From an uncultured Candidatus Saccharibacteria bacterium (GTDB taxonomy: Bacteria; Patescibacteriota; Dojkabacteria; J137), in assembly GCA_964620955.1 (NCBI GenBank), contig CAZUKH010000001.1, forward strand, positions 124,593-188,592: a stretch of 64,000 nucleotides of DNA, read 5' to 3'. Below, piece by piece: positions 9,932 to 19,691 of the stretch. The position numbers were made by a program, and so were the translations under genes. The notes beneath the pieces were generated by a model, which was given only the letters and a program-made list of their open reading frames with translations, was not told the origin of the DNA and ran no database searches. Within the stretch, counting starts at the first letter, position 1, and each line of letters begins with the position of its first letter.

Positions 9932-11482
9932 ATGAATAGTAAAAATCTGGGTGATTTATCTAAAATTGTTGTTGCTCAAATAAAATCCAAGCGTAAACAC
10001 GAAAATGCCGATAGGCTGAATATAGTTGAAATTGACGCCGGGCAGTCAAACGACTCTGCTTTGCTTAATGAAAATGGGTTTATTCAAGTAGTAACAGCAG
10101 CCAACAACTTTGAGGTTAATGATCTTGTTGCATGGGCAGCTCCAGGTTGCTCTGTGCCAGGGTGGGTAGCAAAAGGAGACAATATAGTTTTAGAATCAAG
10201 AGATATGCGTGGACAAATATCACATGGGATGATATTAGCTGAAGATGAACTGGGAATAGGTAAAGATCACGAAGGTATATTTGTAATTGATAAAAAACAC
10301 ACTAATCTTATTGGAAGTTCTGTTTCTAAAGTGCAAAGTTTGCTAAGCAAACCTAACGACCAAGACATATTACAAGATCTTAAAAAAGTTACTACCGAGA
10401 TACTTGGTGCCGAAGATCTTTTGCAGCTATTGTCAACTGAATCAAAACTTAATCATTATATTGGGTTTGAAATTTCTGGTCTTGTTCATCTTGGGCAAGG
10501 ACTAATGAGTGGAATTGTAATAAGAGAGCTTCAAAAACTTGGGATTAATACAAGAATTTTCCTTGCAGACTGGCACACCTGGATTAACAATAAGCTTAAA
10601 GGAGATATGGAATTTATTCAAAAAGTTGCTTCAGAATATTTTATACCTGCAATGAAATCCGCAATAAGCATCGCAGGAGGAAATGCAGATGCTGTCGAAT
10701 TTATATTGGGTTCCAACCTGTACCATAATAATGATAAATACTGGCAAACAGTTGTAGATATAAGCAAAAATCTCACGCTTTCACGTGTACTAAAATCTAC
10801 AACCATTTTGGGACGGGAGAGTTCACAAAGTATGGAGTTTGCAATGTTAATTTACCCTTCGATGCAAGCGGCAGATATTTTTGAAATGCAAAACCATATT
10901 GCGCACGCGGGTACCGACCAAAGAAATGTACATGTCATTGCAAGAGAAGTAGCCTCGAAAATAACTGTTCAAAAACTTATGGTTAATAACAATTCTATAA
11001 AGCCTATTTCTATACATCACGAACTAGTACCAGGGTTACAAAAGCCCTCAGAATGGCCATTGCCAAAGAATATTTCAAAACATGACATGCTTACAAGTCT
11101 TAAGATGAGTAAATCTATACCCGACTCGGCAATATTTATTCAAGATGATGTGGAAGAAATTAAAAGAAAAATTAACCAGGCATTTTGTCCTGAAAAAGAA
11201 ATCGGTTACAACCCAGTTCTTTCATGGGTCAGACTTCTCATTTTCCCAATAAATAATAAATTTGAACTTAAAAGAGAAGCTCGATATGGGGGAGATAGAA
11301 TTTACAAGAATTATAGCGAGCTTGAATCTGACTATGCTAATGGTACTGTGTTCCCACTTGATTTAAAAAATAATGTGGCAGAAACACTGATTAAAATGCT
11401 ACAACCTGCACGTGATGTTTTTAATAGTGCAGAAAAGAAAATGATTATTCAGGAAATTTTAGCAGTAAGGAAAACCCGTTAA
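9932..11482 (+). CDS. tyrS: Archaeal-type tyrosyl-tRNA synthetase with N-terminal tRNA-binding OB-fold (PheT-B2/Trbp111-like)
   Basis: HYIGFEISGLVHLGQG, ADWH, YPSMQAADIF, AGTDQR, KMSKS, AFCP; N-terminus KHENADRL..MRGQISHGMI.AEDELG. Confidence 0.92.
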   Translation: MNSKNLGDLSKIVVAQIKSKRKHENADRLNIVEIDAGQSNDSALLNENGFIQVVTAANNFEVNDLVAWAAPGCSVPGWVAKGDNIVLESRDMRGQISHGMILAEDELGIGKDHEGIFVIDKKHTNLIGSSVSKVQSLLSKPNDQDILQDLKKVTTEILGAEDLLQLLSTESKLNHYIGFEISGLVHLGQGLMSGIVIRELQKLGINTRIFLADWHTWINNKLKGDMEFIQKVASEYFIPAMKSAISIAGGNADAVEFILGSNLYHNNDKYWQTVVDISKNLTLSRVLKSTTILGRESSQSMEFAMLIYPSMQAADIFEMQNHIAHAGTDQRNVHVIAREVASKITVQKLMVNNNSIKPISIHHELVPGLQKPSEWPLPKNISKHDMLTSLKMSKSIPDSAIFIQDDVEEIKRKINQAFCPEKEIGYNPVLSWVRLLIFPINNKFELKREARYGGDRIYKNYSELESDYANGTVFPLDLKNNVAETLIKMLQPARDVFNSAEKKMIIQEILAVRKTR

Positions 11483-11487
11483 CTTAA

Positions 11488-12051
11488 TCAGTTACTCAAT
11501 ATTGTATCTACTTTGTAAACAACTCCGTTAGAAGCTTCAACTCCAGTAGAAACAACCTTAGACACCAAGTCGTTAAGCTCTAAGTTAATTTCTCCATTTA
11601 TAATACGTACAGTAATGACATTACCATTAAGAGTAGTTATTTCCTGACCATCAGTCAAGCTTTCCGGAGGGAAAAACCCCCAAACAATATGACTTTGTAA
11701 AATACCTTGAATTTTATCCTGAGTTGAGGCTTCTCCTTGGATATTAAAAAATGCCTGGTTATCGGGAGCAAATACTGTATACATTTCAGAGTTTTCAAGG
11801 GCAGTTGAAACTCCTGATTCTGTTAGATTTTTATAAAAATTACTTAATAATGAATCTTTACTAATTATTACTAATAGATTTTGCAACCCTTCTACTGGGC
11901 GCTGCAAGTTTGTTGGTGAGTCTGCTTCATTTGCACTTTTTGGCGTATCTTGATTAGAAAGCACATAAATTGCACCTAGCGCTATGCCTGCAAATGCAAT
12001 GAGGGCAACGAAAATTGGGATGTAACTTCTCCCGTTAGTCTTATTCATCAA
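11488..12051 (-). CDS. Membrane-anchored fasciclin (FAS1) domain protein
   Basis: YTVFAPDNQAF, ILQSHIV, ASNGVVYKVDTIL; N-terminal TM. Confidence 0.9.
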   Translation of the reverse strand: MMNKTNGRSYIPIFVALIAFAGIALGAIYVLSNQDTPKSANEADSPTNLQRPVEGLQNLLVIISKDSLLSNFYKNLTESGVSTALENSEMYTVFAPDNQAFFNIQGEASTQDKIQGILQSHIVWGFFPPESLTDGQEITTLNGNVITVRIINGEINLELNDLVSKVVSTGVEASNGVVYKVDTILSN

Positions 12052-12140
12052 AAACTATTAATTTAGTCTATAAAAATATATCAGTAACAGGTTCAAATGT
12101 CACCTGGACTTATTGGTCGTTTTTTATCTATACTAGGTTT

Positions 12141-12728
12141 ATGAAGTTCAACAAAGTAATTATGCTTTTAACAACCTCAGATATTTTTACCTGGGGCTTA
12201 ATGACTGTTGTACTAAGCATTATTGGTATTTATATTTCACTTAAGCTTAATGGCGATGCAGTTGAAATTGTGGGTATTGGAACTGGAATTTATAGCCTTG
12301 CCAGGGGCCTTTTTCAAATACCTATGGGACTTCTTGTGGATAGAACAAAAAGTGACAAAGATGACATACTTATACTTTTTTTGGGTAGTGTTTGTATGGG
12401 ATTTCCTTTTTTACTTTTTAATCTTATTGAGGAGGAGGTGGCTTACTACTTTTTACAATTTGTAATAGGGTTTGGAAGCTCTATGAATATTGTTACCTGG
12501 AGAAAGCTTTTTGCAAGTAATTTAGACAAAAATCACGAAGGTCTTGAGTATGGCATTTACGATACTGTTATGAGTATTGCTATTGCGGTATTTAGCGTAA
12601 TTGCGGGAGTAGTTGCTAGTTTGAGCGAAGAGTCCTTTGATTTTGTAATTGCAATGATAGGGATACTTATGATTTCCAGCGGAGTTTGGCCATTATTAAT
12701 ATTCAAAATTAAACGCAAAAAACTGTGA
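12141..12728 (+). CDS. Half-size (6 TM) MFS-type transporter
   Basis: PMGLLVDR motif-A-like loop, six hydrophobic helices, 195 aa. Confidence 0.75.
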   Translation: MKFNKVIMLLTTSDIFTWGLMTVVLSIIGIYISLKLNGDAVEIVGIGTGIYSLARGLFQIPMGLLVDRTKSDKDDILILFLGSVCMGFPFLLFNLIEEEVAYYFLQFVIGFGSSMNIVTWRKLFASNLDKNHEGLEYGIYDTVMSIAIAVFSVIAGVVASLSEESFDFVIAMIGILMISSGVWPLLIFKIKRKKL

Positions 12729-13090
12729 CTGAAAAAAATAGACAGCTTTTTTACTTGGCAGGTGGAATTTTAGCTATTCTTGCTTTTGTATTCTTTGGCA
12801 TTGGAATGAGCAATACCAATACACCTACTTTTATTGTCTCTGAGGACATGGCCCTTGATTACCTTTATGAGACGTTTCCTGAGAAACGAAAATCTGAAAC
12901 CCAACAAAAGGTTTTTATTGAAAAAGTAAGTAGCTCCTACTTTATAGCTTTAGCAATGATTGAAGAAAACAGCATTTTATTCGCTGAATGTTTTGAAGTA
13001 GGAGAAAATACAAGTATATCTAGTATTCCTTACAAGGCTAATTCTGCTTACGTCACAAAAGTTGATCCTGTTAGCTGCACAGGCCTTTAG
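12725..13090 (+). CDS. Hypothetical protein with N-terminal TM anchor
   Basis: GTGA overlap with the upstream stop; N-terminal hydrophobic helix; two Cys. Confidence 0.6.
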   Translation: MTEKNRQLFYLAGGILAILAFVFFGIGMSNTNTPTFIVSEDMALDYLYETFPEKRKSETQQKVFIEKVSSSYFIALAMIEENSILFAECFEVGENTSISSIPYKANSAYVTKVDPVSCTGL

Positions 13091-13106
13091 TGCGGTATAA
13101 TTACCA

Positions 13107-14168
13107 ATGCAAATTCTAGGTGTATCGACAAAAGATCAAGAAGAAGCGGTAAATATTTTAGCTAAAGGAGGTCTTGTTATTTACCCAACTGAAACTGCAT
13201 ACGGCGCAGGTGTTGATGCTACAAATAAATTAGCAGTGGGTAAACTCCTCGAGTTTAAAAAACGCCCTACTGGTAAAGCAATATCAATTGCTTGTAGCTC
13301 ATATAGCATGGCCCAAAGTTATGTAATAATAAATAAAGCAGCTGACAATTTGTATAAAGAATTTCTTCCGGGGCCTCTTACTATTGTATCTTTTTCTAAA
13401 AATAAAGTAGATAAACGTCTTGAGTCTGAGGATAGCACTTTGGGTGTAAGAATCCCGAATAATGAATTTGCGCTAGGAATGATTGAGAAACTTAAAAGGC
13501 CCGTTACTGCTACATCTGCAAACTCTTTCGGTAACGCCACTCCTTACTCAATAGAATCCATACTTGAAAATTTAACTGAAAAACAAAAGTCTATTGTAGA
13601 TTTAATAATTGATGCGGGGCATCTTCCAAAAAGGTTGACTTCAACAGTTGTTGATACAACAAGAAATACATTAAGAACTTTTCGCAAAGGAGCTATTAAG
13701 TTTGGATCTAATAAACCTCAAAAAGTAATTGTTAGTAAAAATGTTGAAGAAACACTAAACCTAGCCGAAATACTCACCAAAAACTTACTAAGCGATGGTT
13801 TTAATAACATTGTTTATCTATTATCTGGGGAGCTAGGTGCGGGCAAAACACATTTTGCGAAAGGGGTGGCAAAAGCCTTAGGGGTAAACGCAGTAGTTAA
13901 ATCTCCTACTTATGGATATGTGTCTGAATATAAAATACCTTATTCAACTCAAAAGTTTATACATGTTGACGCCTGGAAAATCGTTAATAAAAGAGAACTC
14001 GAAGCGCTAGGCCTTAATAATTTGATTAAAACTTCAAAGGTTGTGGTTATCGAATGGCCTGAAGTAATTGAAAATCTTGATAAAGACTTTTTTAATAAGT
14101 TTAAACCAATTGCAGTGTATATTGACTCGATTGATGAGCAAACAAGAAAAATGAGTATTTTCCAATAA
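13107..14168 (+). CDS. tsaC-tsaE: Fused L-threonylcarbamoyladenylate synthase (TsaC/YrdC) and t6A ATPase TsaE
   Basis: YPTETAYG, KKRP, PGPLT, GVRIP, TSAN, STVVD; then GELGAGKT, KSPTY, IEWP. Confidence 0.92.
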   Translation: MQILGVSTKDQEEAVNILAKGGLVIYPTETAYGAGVDATNKLAVGKLLEFKKRPTGKAISIACSSYSMAQSYVIINKAADNLYKEFLPGPLTIVSFSKNKVDKRLESEDSTLGVRIPNNEFALGMIEKLKRPVTATSANSFGNATPYSIESILENLTEKQKSIVDLIIDAGHLPKRLTSTVVDTTRNTLRTFRKGAIKFGSNKPQKVIVSKNVEETLNLAEILTKNLLSDGFNNIVYLLSGELGAGKTHFAKGVAKALGVNAVVKSPTYGYVSEYKIPYSTQKFIHVDAWKIVNKRELEALGLNNLIKTSKVVVIEWPEVIENLDKDFFNKFKPIAVYIDSIDEQTRKMSIFQ

Positions 14169-14312
14169 TCTTAATAGGTACGAACTTTATACGAAATATG
14201 TTTATGTCATCTTAAGCTTAACATCTTTTTTTCATTTTTGTTTTCTGCTATGTTGTAGTATGTGCCCTTTAGTAAGGGTCAAATAAGAAATTTTAATTTT
14301 TATTTATTTTTT

Positions 14313-14747
14313 ATGTCACTCACAGTATTAGGTGCTAGTGTCAATTTGCTTGCTGTATTTGGTGCAGCGGTCCTTTATATGGTTTTAAGTACTATTTGGT
14401 ATTCTCCTTCTGTTTTAGGTAAAAGATGGGCTAAGCTTGTTGGCTTAAAAGAAAAAGATATGAACCAATGGGATACAAAAATGATGATAACAATGCTTGT
14501 AACCTTTGTTGGCGCTGTAGTTGTTGCGTTATTTTTAGGTATGATTGTTGAATATGTTCGAATTGCAACTGGTTATGCTGAAGTATTAAACGGCATAATA
14601 ACTGGACTTATTGCATGGGTAATTTTTGCTGTGTTCAGCCTTGCAAACACCCTTTATGCAAGAGAATCGGCCGAAAGGTGGGCAATAGATGCAGCAAACG
14701 TGCTTATTTCTTTACTTGCAGCTGGCGTGATAATTGCTGTTCTTTAG
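14313..14747 (+). CDS. DUF1761 family membrane protein
   Basis: VNLLAVFGAA..IWYSPSVLGKRW..IDA pattern, 4 TM. Confidence 0.8.
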   Translation: MSLTVLGASVNLLAVFGAAVLYMVLSTIWYSPSVLGKRWAKLVGLKEKDMNQWDTKMMITMLVTFVGAVVVALFLGMIVEYVRIATGYAEVLNGIITGLIAWVIFAVFSLANTLYARESAERWAIDAANVLISLLAAGVIIAVL

Positions 14748-16111
14748 TCGTTAATTACAACTGATTTAACGTTTGTAAATTCAAGTAGTCCGTATTCTGC
14801 TAGTTCTCGTCCTATTCCTGATTTTTTGCTTCCCCCAAAAGGAAGCTCAGGAGTAGAACGTACTACTTCATTAACATAAACATTCCCTACATTTAGTTTG
14901 GGTATTAGTTTTTTGGCTCTTTCAATATTCTCAGTCCATATTGACGCTCCAAGACCTAGCTTGGTTGCATTTGCGATTTCTAAAGCTTCGTCTTCCTCTT
15001 TAAAAGCAAACACAGTTGCTATTGGCGCAAAGGTTTCTTCATTAAAAATTTTCATACTTGAATTTACTTGGGTTAGTATTGTTGGCTGCATAAAAAACCC
15101 AGGCACATCTTTTTTACTCCCGCCAGTAATAAGTTTTGCCCCTTTGTTTACTGCTTCGTTTACAAGTTGAATATGTGTTTCTAAACTCTCTAGACTTGAT
15201 AGCGGTCCCATTTCGCAGGTTTCTTTAAGCGGATCTTCTACAATTACCTGCTCAAACTTTTGTTTAAGACCTTTTACAAACTCATCATACTTTGTTTCGT
15301 GTACAATAAACCTTTTTGCTGCGTTGCAGCTTTGCCCTGCATTTCGTAATCTCGACTTTGATGCATTGTCAATCACATCGTCTATGTCGGCATCTTCAAG
15401 CACAATAAATGCGTCGTTGCCTCCAAGCTCTAAAGCTACTTTCTTAATTTCCTGACCAGCTATTGAAGCAACTGAAGCTCCTGCTTTTTCGCTGCCTGTT
15501 AAAATAACTCCTTCAATAATAGGGTTTCTTATTATTCTTTCGACTTTCGATGAAGATATTAACAATGTTTGCATTACTTCACTTCCAAATTTTGCTTTAT
15601 CAAAAAGTTCTTGTATATTTAATGCTGTGCGACATACGTTTGAAGCATGTTTTAAAACTACAGTATTACCTGCAAGTATTAAAGGTATAATTGTACGTAA
15701 AGCCTGCCAGTAAGGGAAATTCCAGGGCATAATAGTAAGAATTGGCCCAAGTGGTTCGTACCTCACTTCACTATACTCATATTTAGTTTTAACTTTTTTA
15801 GCTTTTAACATTTCTTCAAAATTTTGAATGTAATAGTCAATCATTTCTACTACTTTTTGTATTTCCTGCCGCGATTGTACAATTGGCTTTCCGGTCTCAA
15901 GTGTCATTTGGCGTGAAAAAGTTTCTAAAGATTCTAAGATAATGTTTTTCAAGTTGATGACTTTTTCTTTTCTTATGTTTAATGAGGTTTTTTTCCAGGT
16001 ATTAAAAGCCTCAAGTGCAAGTTTTATCTTTGAATCTATTTCCAGTTCCTGCAGTTCTTCAAAATCTTCAATAAGAATTCCATTTGAAGGATTAATTGAC
16101 TTTAACTTCAT
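14744..16111 (-). CDS. NAD(P)-dependent succinate-semialdehyde dehydrogenase-like aldehyde dehydrogenase
   Basis: IMPWNFPYWQ, LKHAS, TGSEKAG, LELGGND, NAGQSCNAAKRF, EETFAP, LPFGG. Confidence 0.9.
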   Translation of the reverse strand: MKLKSINPSNGILIEDFEELQELEIDSKIKLALEAFNTWKKTSLNIRKEKVINLKNIILESLETFSRQMTLETGKPIVQSRQEIQKVVEMIDYYIQNFEEMLKAKKVKTKYEYSEVRYEPLGPILTIMPWNFPYWQALRTIIPLILAGNTVVLKHASNVCRTALNIQELFDKAKFGSEVMQTLLISSSKVERIIRNPIIEGVILTGSEKAGASVASIAGQEIKKVALELGGNDAFIVLEDADIDDVIDNASKSRLRNAGQSCNAAKRFIVHETKYDEFVKGLKQKFEQVIVEDPLKETCEMGPLSSLESLETHIQLVNEAVNKGAKLITGGSKKDVPGFFMQPTILTQVNSSMKIFNEETFAPIATVFAFKEEDEALEIANATKLGLGASIWTENIERAKKLIPKLNVGNVYVNEVVRSTPELPFGGSKKSGIGRELAEYGLLEFTNVKSVVIND

Positions 16112-16180
16112 AAATATTTTTTAACTAAATAAGTGTAGCACGTTGACAGAAACGGTACTTGCTGCTATAGTTCGGCAACT

Positions 16181-16663
16181 ATGAATACACATCTTGATAT
16201 GTTAAATGTAGAAGAGGGAAATGCAGAAAATACTACCCCGCACTCTCTACCTCCGGAATTTGTTTTTCCATATCCTAATCCAGGAGATCTGCGATCGGTC
16301 TTTATTAACATCTTTTCATATAGGCCCGAACAGATTATTTATCTTGGTGCTCACGAATCTCTTGTTAACCTAACAACCAAATTGCAAAATCTATATTACG
16401 AAGGGAGTCATCCATCACATGGAAGCGAAATTTACATGGGCAGCCAGGTAATCATATCACCTGCTAATGAAGTACCAACACTGTTAGGGAATATAACTAG
16501 AGGAACCCAAATTAGAAAAGTCCTTGTAATTATTGAGGGAGAGGATTCTCCTTCAAATCCTAACTACAAAGCTCTTCTTAAGCAAATTTTAAATGGTCCA
16601 ACATTACAAATGCCTTCCAGCCTTTGTATTACGGTAATGTACACAAATGCTTTTCGAGCATAA
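16181..16663 (+). CDS. Orphan hypothetical protein
   Basis: 160-aa ORF behind near-consensus promoter TTGACA(16143)-17-TATAGT(16166). Confidence 0.6.
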   Translation: MNTHLDMLNVEEGNAENTTPHSLPPEFVFPYPNPGDLRSVFINIFSYRPEQIIYLGAHESLVNLTTKLQNLYYEGSHPSHGSEIYMGSQVIISPANEVPTLLGNITRGTQIRKVLVIIEGEDSPSNPNYKALLKQILNGPTLQMPSSLCITVMYTNAFRA

Positions 16664-16731
16664 AGCTTTAGGGGTTTTTATAACTTTGTTTCCCTGCTAT
16701 TATAGTTAGAATTTAATTTTAATTTCTTTCT

Positions 16732-17478
16732 ATGAAAGCAAAAACACTCAGTATTGTAATTCCTTCTTATAACGAATCAAAGACCCTCGAAGAGCTTGTA
16801 GGTAAAGTATTAGCAGTCAAACTGCCATTTGGTTTTTCTAAAGAAATAATCATTGTAAATGATGCATCTAAAGACAATTCACTAGAAATTATGAGAAAAC
16901 TCGCGGCTAAAAACAAAGAAATAATCGTATTAGATAATCCTAAAAACCTTGGTAAAACACAAACAGTAAGAAAAGGTTTTATGAAAACCTCTGGTGAAGT
17001 TGTAGTTGTACAAGATGCGGACTTAGAGTATGAGCCAGAAGAACTAAAAGAATTGTTGGAACTTATGATAAACGAAAATCTTGATGTAGTTTACGGCAAC
17101 AGATTTGGTAAAAAAAACAAAGTAATTTATTGGAAAAATTATTATGGTAATAAAGGTATTTCGTTTATTTCCAACATTTTCACTTACCCAAGAATAAGAA
17201 AATTCATTCCGGACATGGAAGTTTGCTACAAAATGGTTAAAGGTGAAATAATTAGAGATATAGCCCCAAAAATTACTGCAAAAAGCAACTTTGGTTTAGA
17301 ACCCGAGCTTACTGCACGGCTTGCAAGGTACAAAAAAGATGGTAAGAGACTAAAATTTGGGATTGTGCCAATTAGTTACTTTGCAAGAAGCATTGAAGAA
17401 GGTAAAAAAATGAAAGCGTTTAAAGATGGATTTAAGGCGCTTAAAGAAATTATTCGCTATAATTTGGGTAGACAATAG
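16732..17478 (+). CDS. Glycosyltransferase family 2 (DPM1-like polyprenyl-phosphate glycosyltransferase)
   Basis: SIVIPSYNE, VNDASKD, NLGK, QDADLEY. Confidence 0.9.
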   Translation: MKAKTLSIVIPSYNESKTLEELVGKVLAVKLPFGFSKEIIIVNDASKDNSLEIMRKLAAKNKEIIVLDNPKNLGKTQTVRKGFMKTSGEVVVVQDADLEYEPEELKELLELMINENLDVVYGNRFGKKNKVIYWKNYYGNKGISFISNIFTYPRIRKFIPDMEVCYKMVKGEIIRDIAPKITAKSNFGLEPELTARLARYKKDGKRLKFGIVPISYFARSIEEGKKMKAFKDGFKALKEIIRYNLGRQ

Positions 17479-17497
17479 CACAATAAAACCCCGTAAC

Positions 17498-17962
17498 TTA
17501 CTTCTTTATATAAACAATATATTTATATATAAAGAAGTTTATAAGCATTTGTGTTCCTGCAGTAAATAAGTTTGCTATAGTTGAAAGCGCAGCTTCGGAA
17601 AGATCTATTCCTAAAATCCTTTTTAAATCATAATAAAGAGAGTAAATAAATGCGCCCACAAAAATATTCATAACAAAAACCAAGGTCATTCTTAAGGCTT
17701 GATTACGCATTTTTCCTTCGGTGGCTTTAAAACTCCACTGTCTATTTATAAAAAAGACAAATATACTTCCGAATACTCCTGAAACAATTTTGGCAGAATA
17801 AATAAGTCCAAATATTTTTATACCCTGCCCCAGCCCTAAAATTTGAACAATAAAAAGAAGTACTAAAGTATCTACAACAAAACCACCAATTCCTGTAACA
17901 AAATATTTGGCGAACTGTTTAATAATCTCTTTACTACCAAGTTTTTTAAGCTTTTGTTTCAT
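17498..17962 (-). CDS. GtrA family flippase-like protein
   Basis: QFAKYFVTGIGGFVVD..FFINRQWSF..NFFIYKYIVY. Confidence 0.88.
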   Translation of the reverse strand: MKQKLKKLGSKEIIKQFAKYFVTGIGGFVVDTLVLLFIVQILGLGQGIKIFGLIYSAKIVSGVFGSIFVFFINRQWSFKATEGKMRNQALRMTLVFVMNIFVGAFIYSLYYDLKRILGIDLSEAALSTIANLFTAGTQMLINFFIYKYIVYIKK

Positions 17963-18011
17963 AGGTAAAAATTATAACAGCGACCATTTATAAAAGAAAG
18001 CATATTTGCAC

Positions 18012-18040
18012 TTGACTACTATACCCCAGTAAGGTATAGT
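18012..18040 (+). promoter_or_regulatory. Sigma70 promoter overlapped by CsoR-type operator inverted repeat
   Basis: TTGACT(18012)-17-TATAGT(18035); ACTATACC(18018-25)/GGTATAGT(18033-40) perfect 8-bp inverted repeat with C-tract. Confidence 0.8.
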
Positions 18041-18046
18041 TAGTAT

Positions 18047-18304
18047 ATGGATAACAAATGCGACCAACTAGTAAATTCAGCTAAAAGAATCGAGGGGCAG
18101 CTTAGAGGCATCCAAAAGATGATTCTTGAGGGGAAAGACGGCAAATTAATTCTTACCCAAGTAACAGCAGCGCGGGCTGCGCTTTCAAGGCTAGCAATTG
18201 ATTTGCTCAAAGATGAATCCCGAGAGTGTTTAAATGCAAAGACAAAAAAAGCTAAATCTGATAAATTTGAAGAGTTGGTAAGCTCGCTTTTTAAACTTAC
18301 TTAA
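18047..18304 (+). CDS. CsoR/RcnR-family transcriptional repressor
   Basis: KRIEGQLRGIQKMI..ILTQVTAARAAL..C. Confidence 0.9.
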   Translation: MDNKCDQLVNSAKRIEGQLRGIQKMILEGKDGKLILTQVTAARAALSRLAIDLLKDESRECLNAKTKKAKSDKFEELVSSLFKLT

Positions 18305-18322
18305 TTTATTATTATTTTATAA

Positions 18323-18640
18323 ATGTCAAAACCCGAAGAACTTACAGCAGAGAACTTTAATGAAAAAATCAAGCAGGGAAATGTCCTTGTAGATTTTTGG
18401 GCTCCTTGGTGCGGCCCTTGCCAAATTATTGGTCCAATAATTGAACAAGTAGCTGAAGAAATGAAAGACAAGCTAAACGTTTACAAACTCAATGTTGATG
18501 AGGCACAGCAAATAGCTATGACCTATGGAGTAATGAGCATCCCAACGATGATAATGTTTAAAGACGGTCAACCTGTAGGCAGAGAAATTGGTGCGATTCC
18601 AAAGGCCGCAGTTGTAAATTTTGTAAGTAAGCATATTTAG
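18323..18640 (+). CDS. trxA: Thioredoxin
   Basis: VDFWAPWCGPC, SIPT. Confidence 0.97.
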   Translation: MSKPEELTAENFNEKIKQGNVLVDFWAPWCGPCQIIGPIIEQVAEEMKDKLNVYKLNVDEAQQIAMTYGVMSIPTMIMFKDGQPVGREIGAIPKAAVVNFVSKHI

Positions 18641-18646
18641 TAGATT

Positions 18647-19579
18647 ATGGATAGTAATAAATTTGATTTGATAATTGTAGGCTCAGGACCGGCAGGTTTA
18701 ACAGCTGGTATTTATGCATCAAGAGCCAATTTAAAAGTTTTGTTACTAGCTGGCGAACAGTGGGGAGGCCAGCTAATGAAAACAACTGTTGTTGAAAACT
18801 ATCCTGGGTTTCCTGAAGGAATAAACGGTCCTGAACTTATGACAAAAATGAAGGATCAAGCAGAAAAATTTGGAACAAATATAAAATATGAAAATGTTTT
18901 AAGTGTTGATTTAAATGCACAAGAAAAGAAAGTAACTACCGCAAATGGAGATTATTTCGCTAGGGCAGTAATATTAGCTACCGGGTCGGAACCTCGTACT
19001 CTAGGTATTCCAGGTGAAGATAAGTTTTATGGTCGCGGGGTATCTACATGCGCTACGTGCGATGCTGCTTTTTTTAAAGATAAAATTGTAGCAGTAGTAG
19101 GAGGAGGAGATAGTGCAATGGAAGAATCAACATTTTTAACAAGATTTGCTTCTAAAGTTTATCTTATCCATAGACGCGATGAGTTTAGAGCAAGCCCAAT
19201 AATGCAAGAAAGGGCAAAGTCAAACAGCAAAATTGAATTTATGCTCAATTCAGAAATTAAAAAAATAATTGGAAATGAAGTAGTTGAAAAAATCTTAGTA
19301 TTAAATAATAAAGATAATAGCCAAAAAGAAATTAATGTAAACGGGGTATTTTTAGCAGTTGGACATATTCCAGTTACAGGCATATTTAAAGACCAGCTTC
19401 CTTTAAACGACACTGGCTATGTTATGCCTATAAATGCATTTTCTGTAAAAACAAATGTGAAAGGAGTTTTTATTGCAGGTGAAATACAGGACTATATTTA
19501 TAAACAGGCAATTACCACTGCGGCTGATGGCTGTAAAGCAGCACTTGAAGCACAAAAGTTTTTAGCCGAAAACGAGTAA
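18647..19579 (+). CDS. trxB: Thioredoxin-disulfide reductase
   Basis: GSGPAG, CATCD, GGGDSAMEE, HRRDEFRA, QAITTA. Confidence 0.97.
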   Translation: MDSNKFDLIIVGSGPAGLTAGIYASRANLKVLLLAGEQWGGQLMKTTVVENYPGFPEGINGPELMTKMKDQAEKFGTNIKYENVLSVDLNAQEKKVTTANGDYFARAVILATGSEPRTLGIPGEDKFYGRGVSTCATCDAAFFKDKIVAVVGGGDSAMEESTFLTRFASKVYLIHRRDEFRASPIMQERAKSNSKIEFMLNSEIKKIIGNEVVEKILVLNNKDNSQKEINVNGVFLAVGHIPVTGIFKDQLPLNDTGYVMPINAFSVKTNVKGVFIAGEIQDYIYKQAITTAADGCKAALEAQKFLAENE

Positions 19580-19691
19580 AATCCTTCAATCAATTTACTA
19601 GTAAAAAAATAAAAGCATCAGAACCTTACGAAGACCACTCTTTATTTCTTTTCCAAATTTAACTATATTGATTTAGTTAAAGAATAGAGGT

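Noticed and set aside
10777-10792. Third parS-like site in tyrS (CTTTCACGTGTAC)
   Set aside because: Too many mismatches and explained by coding sequence
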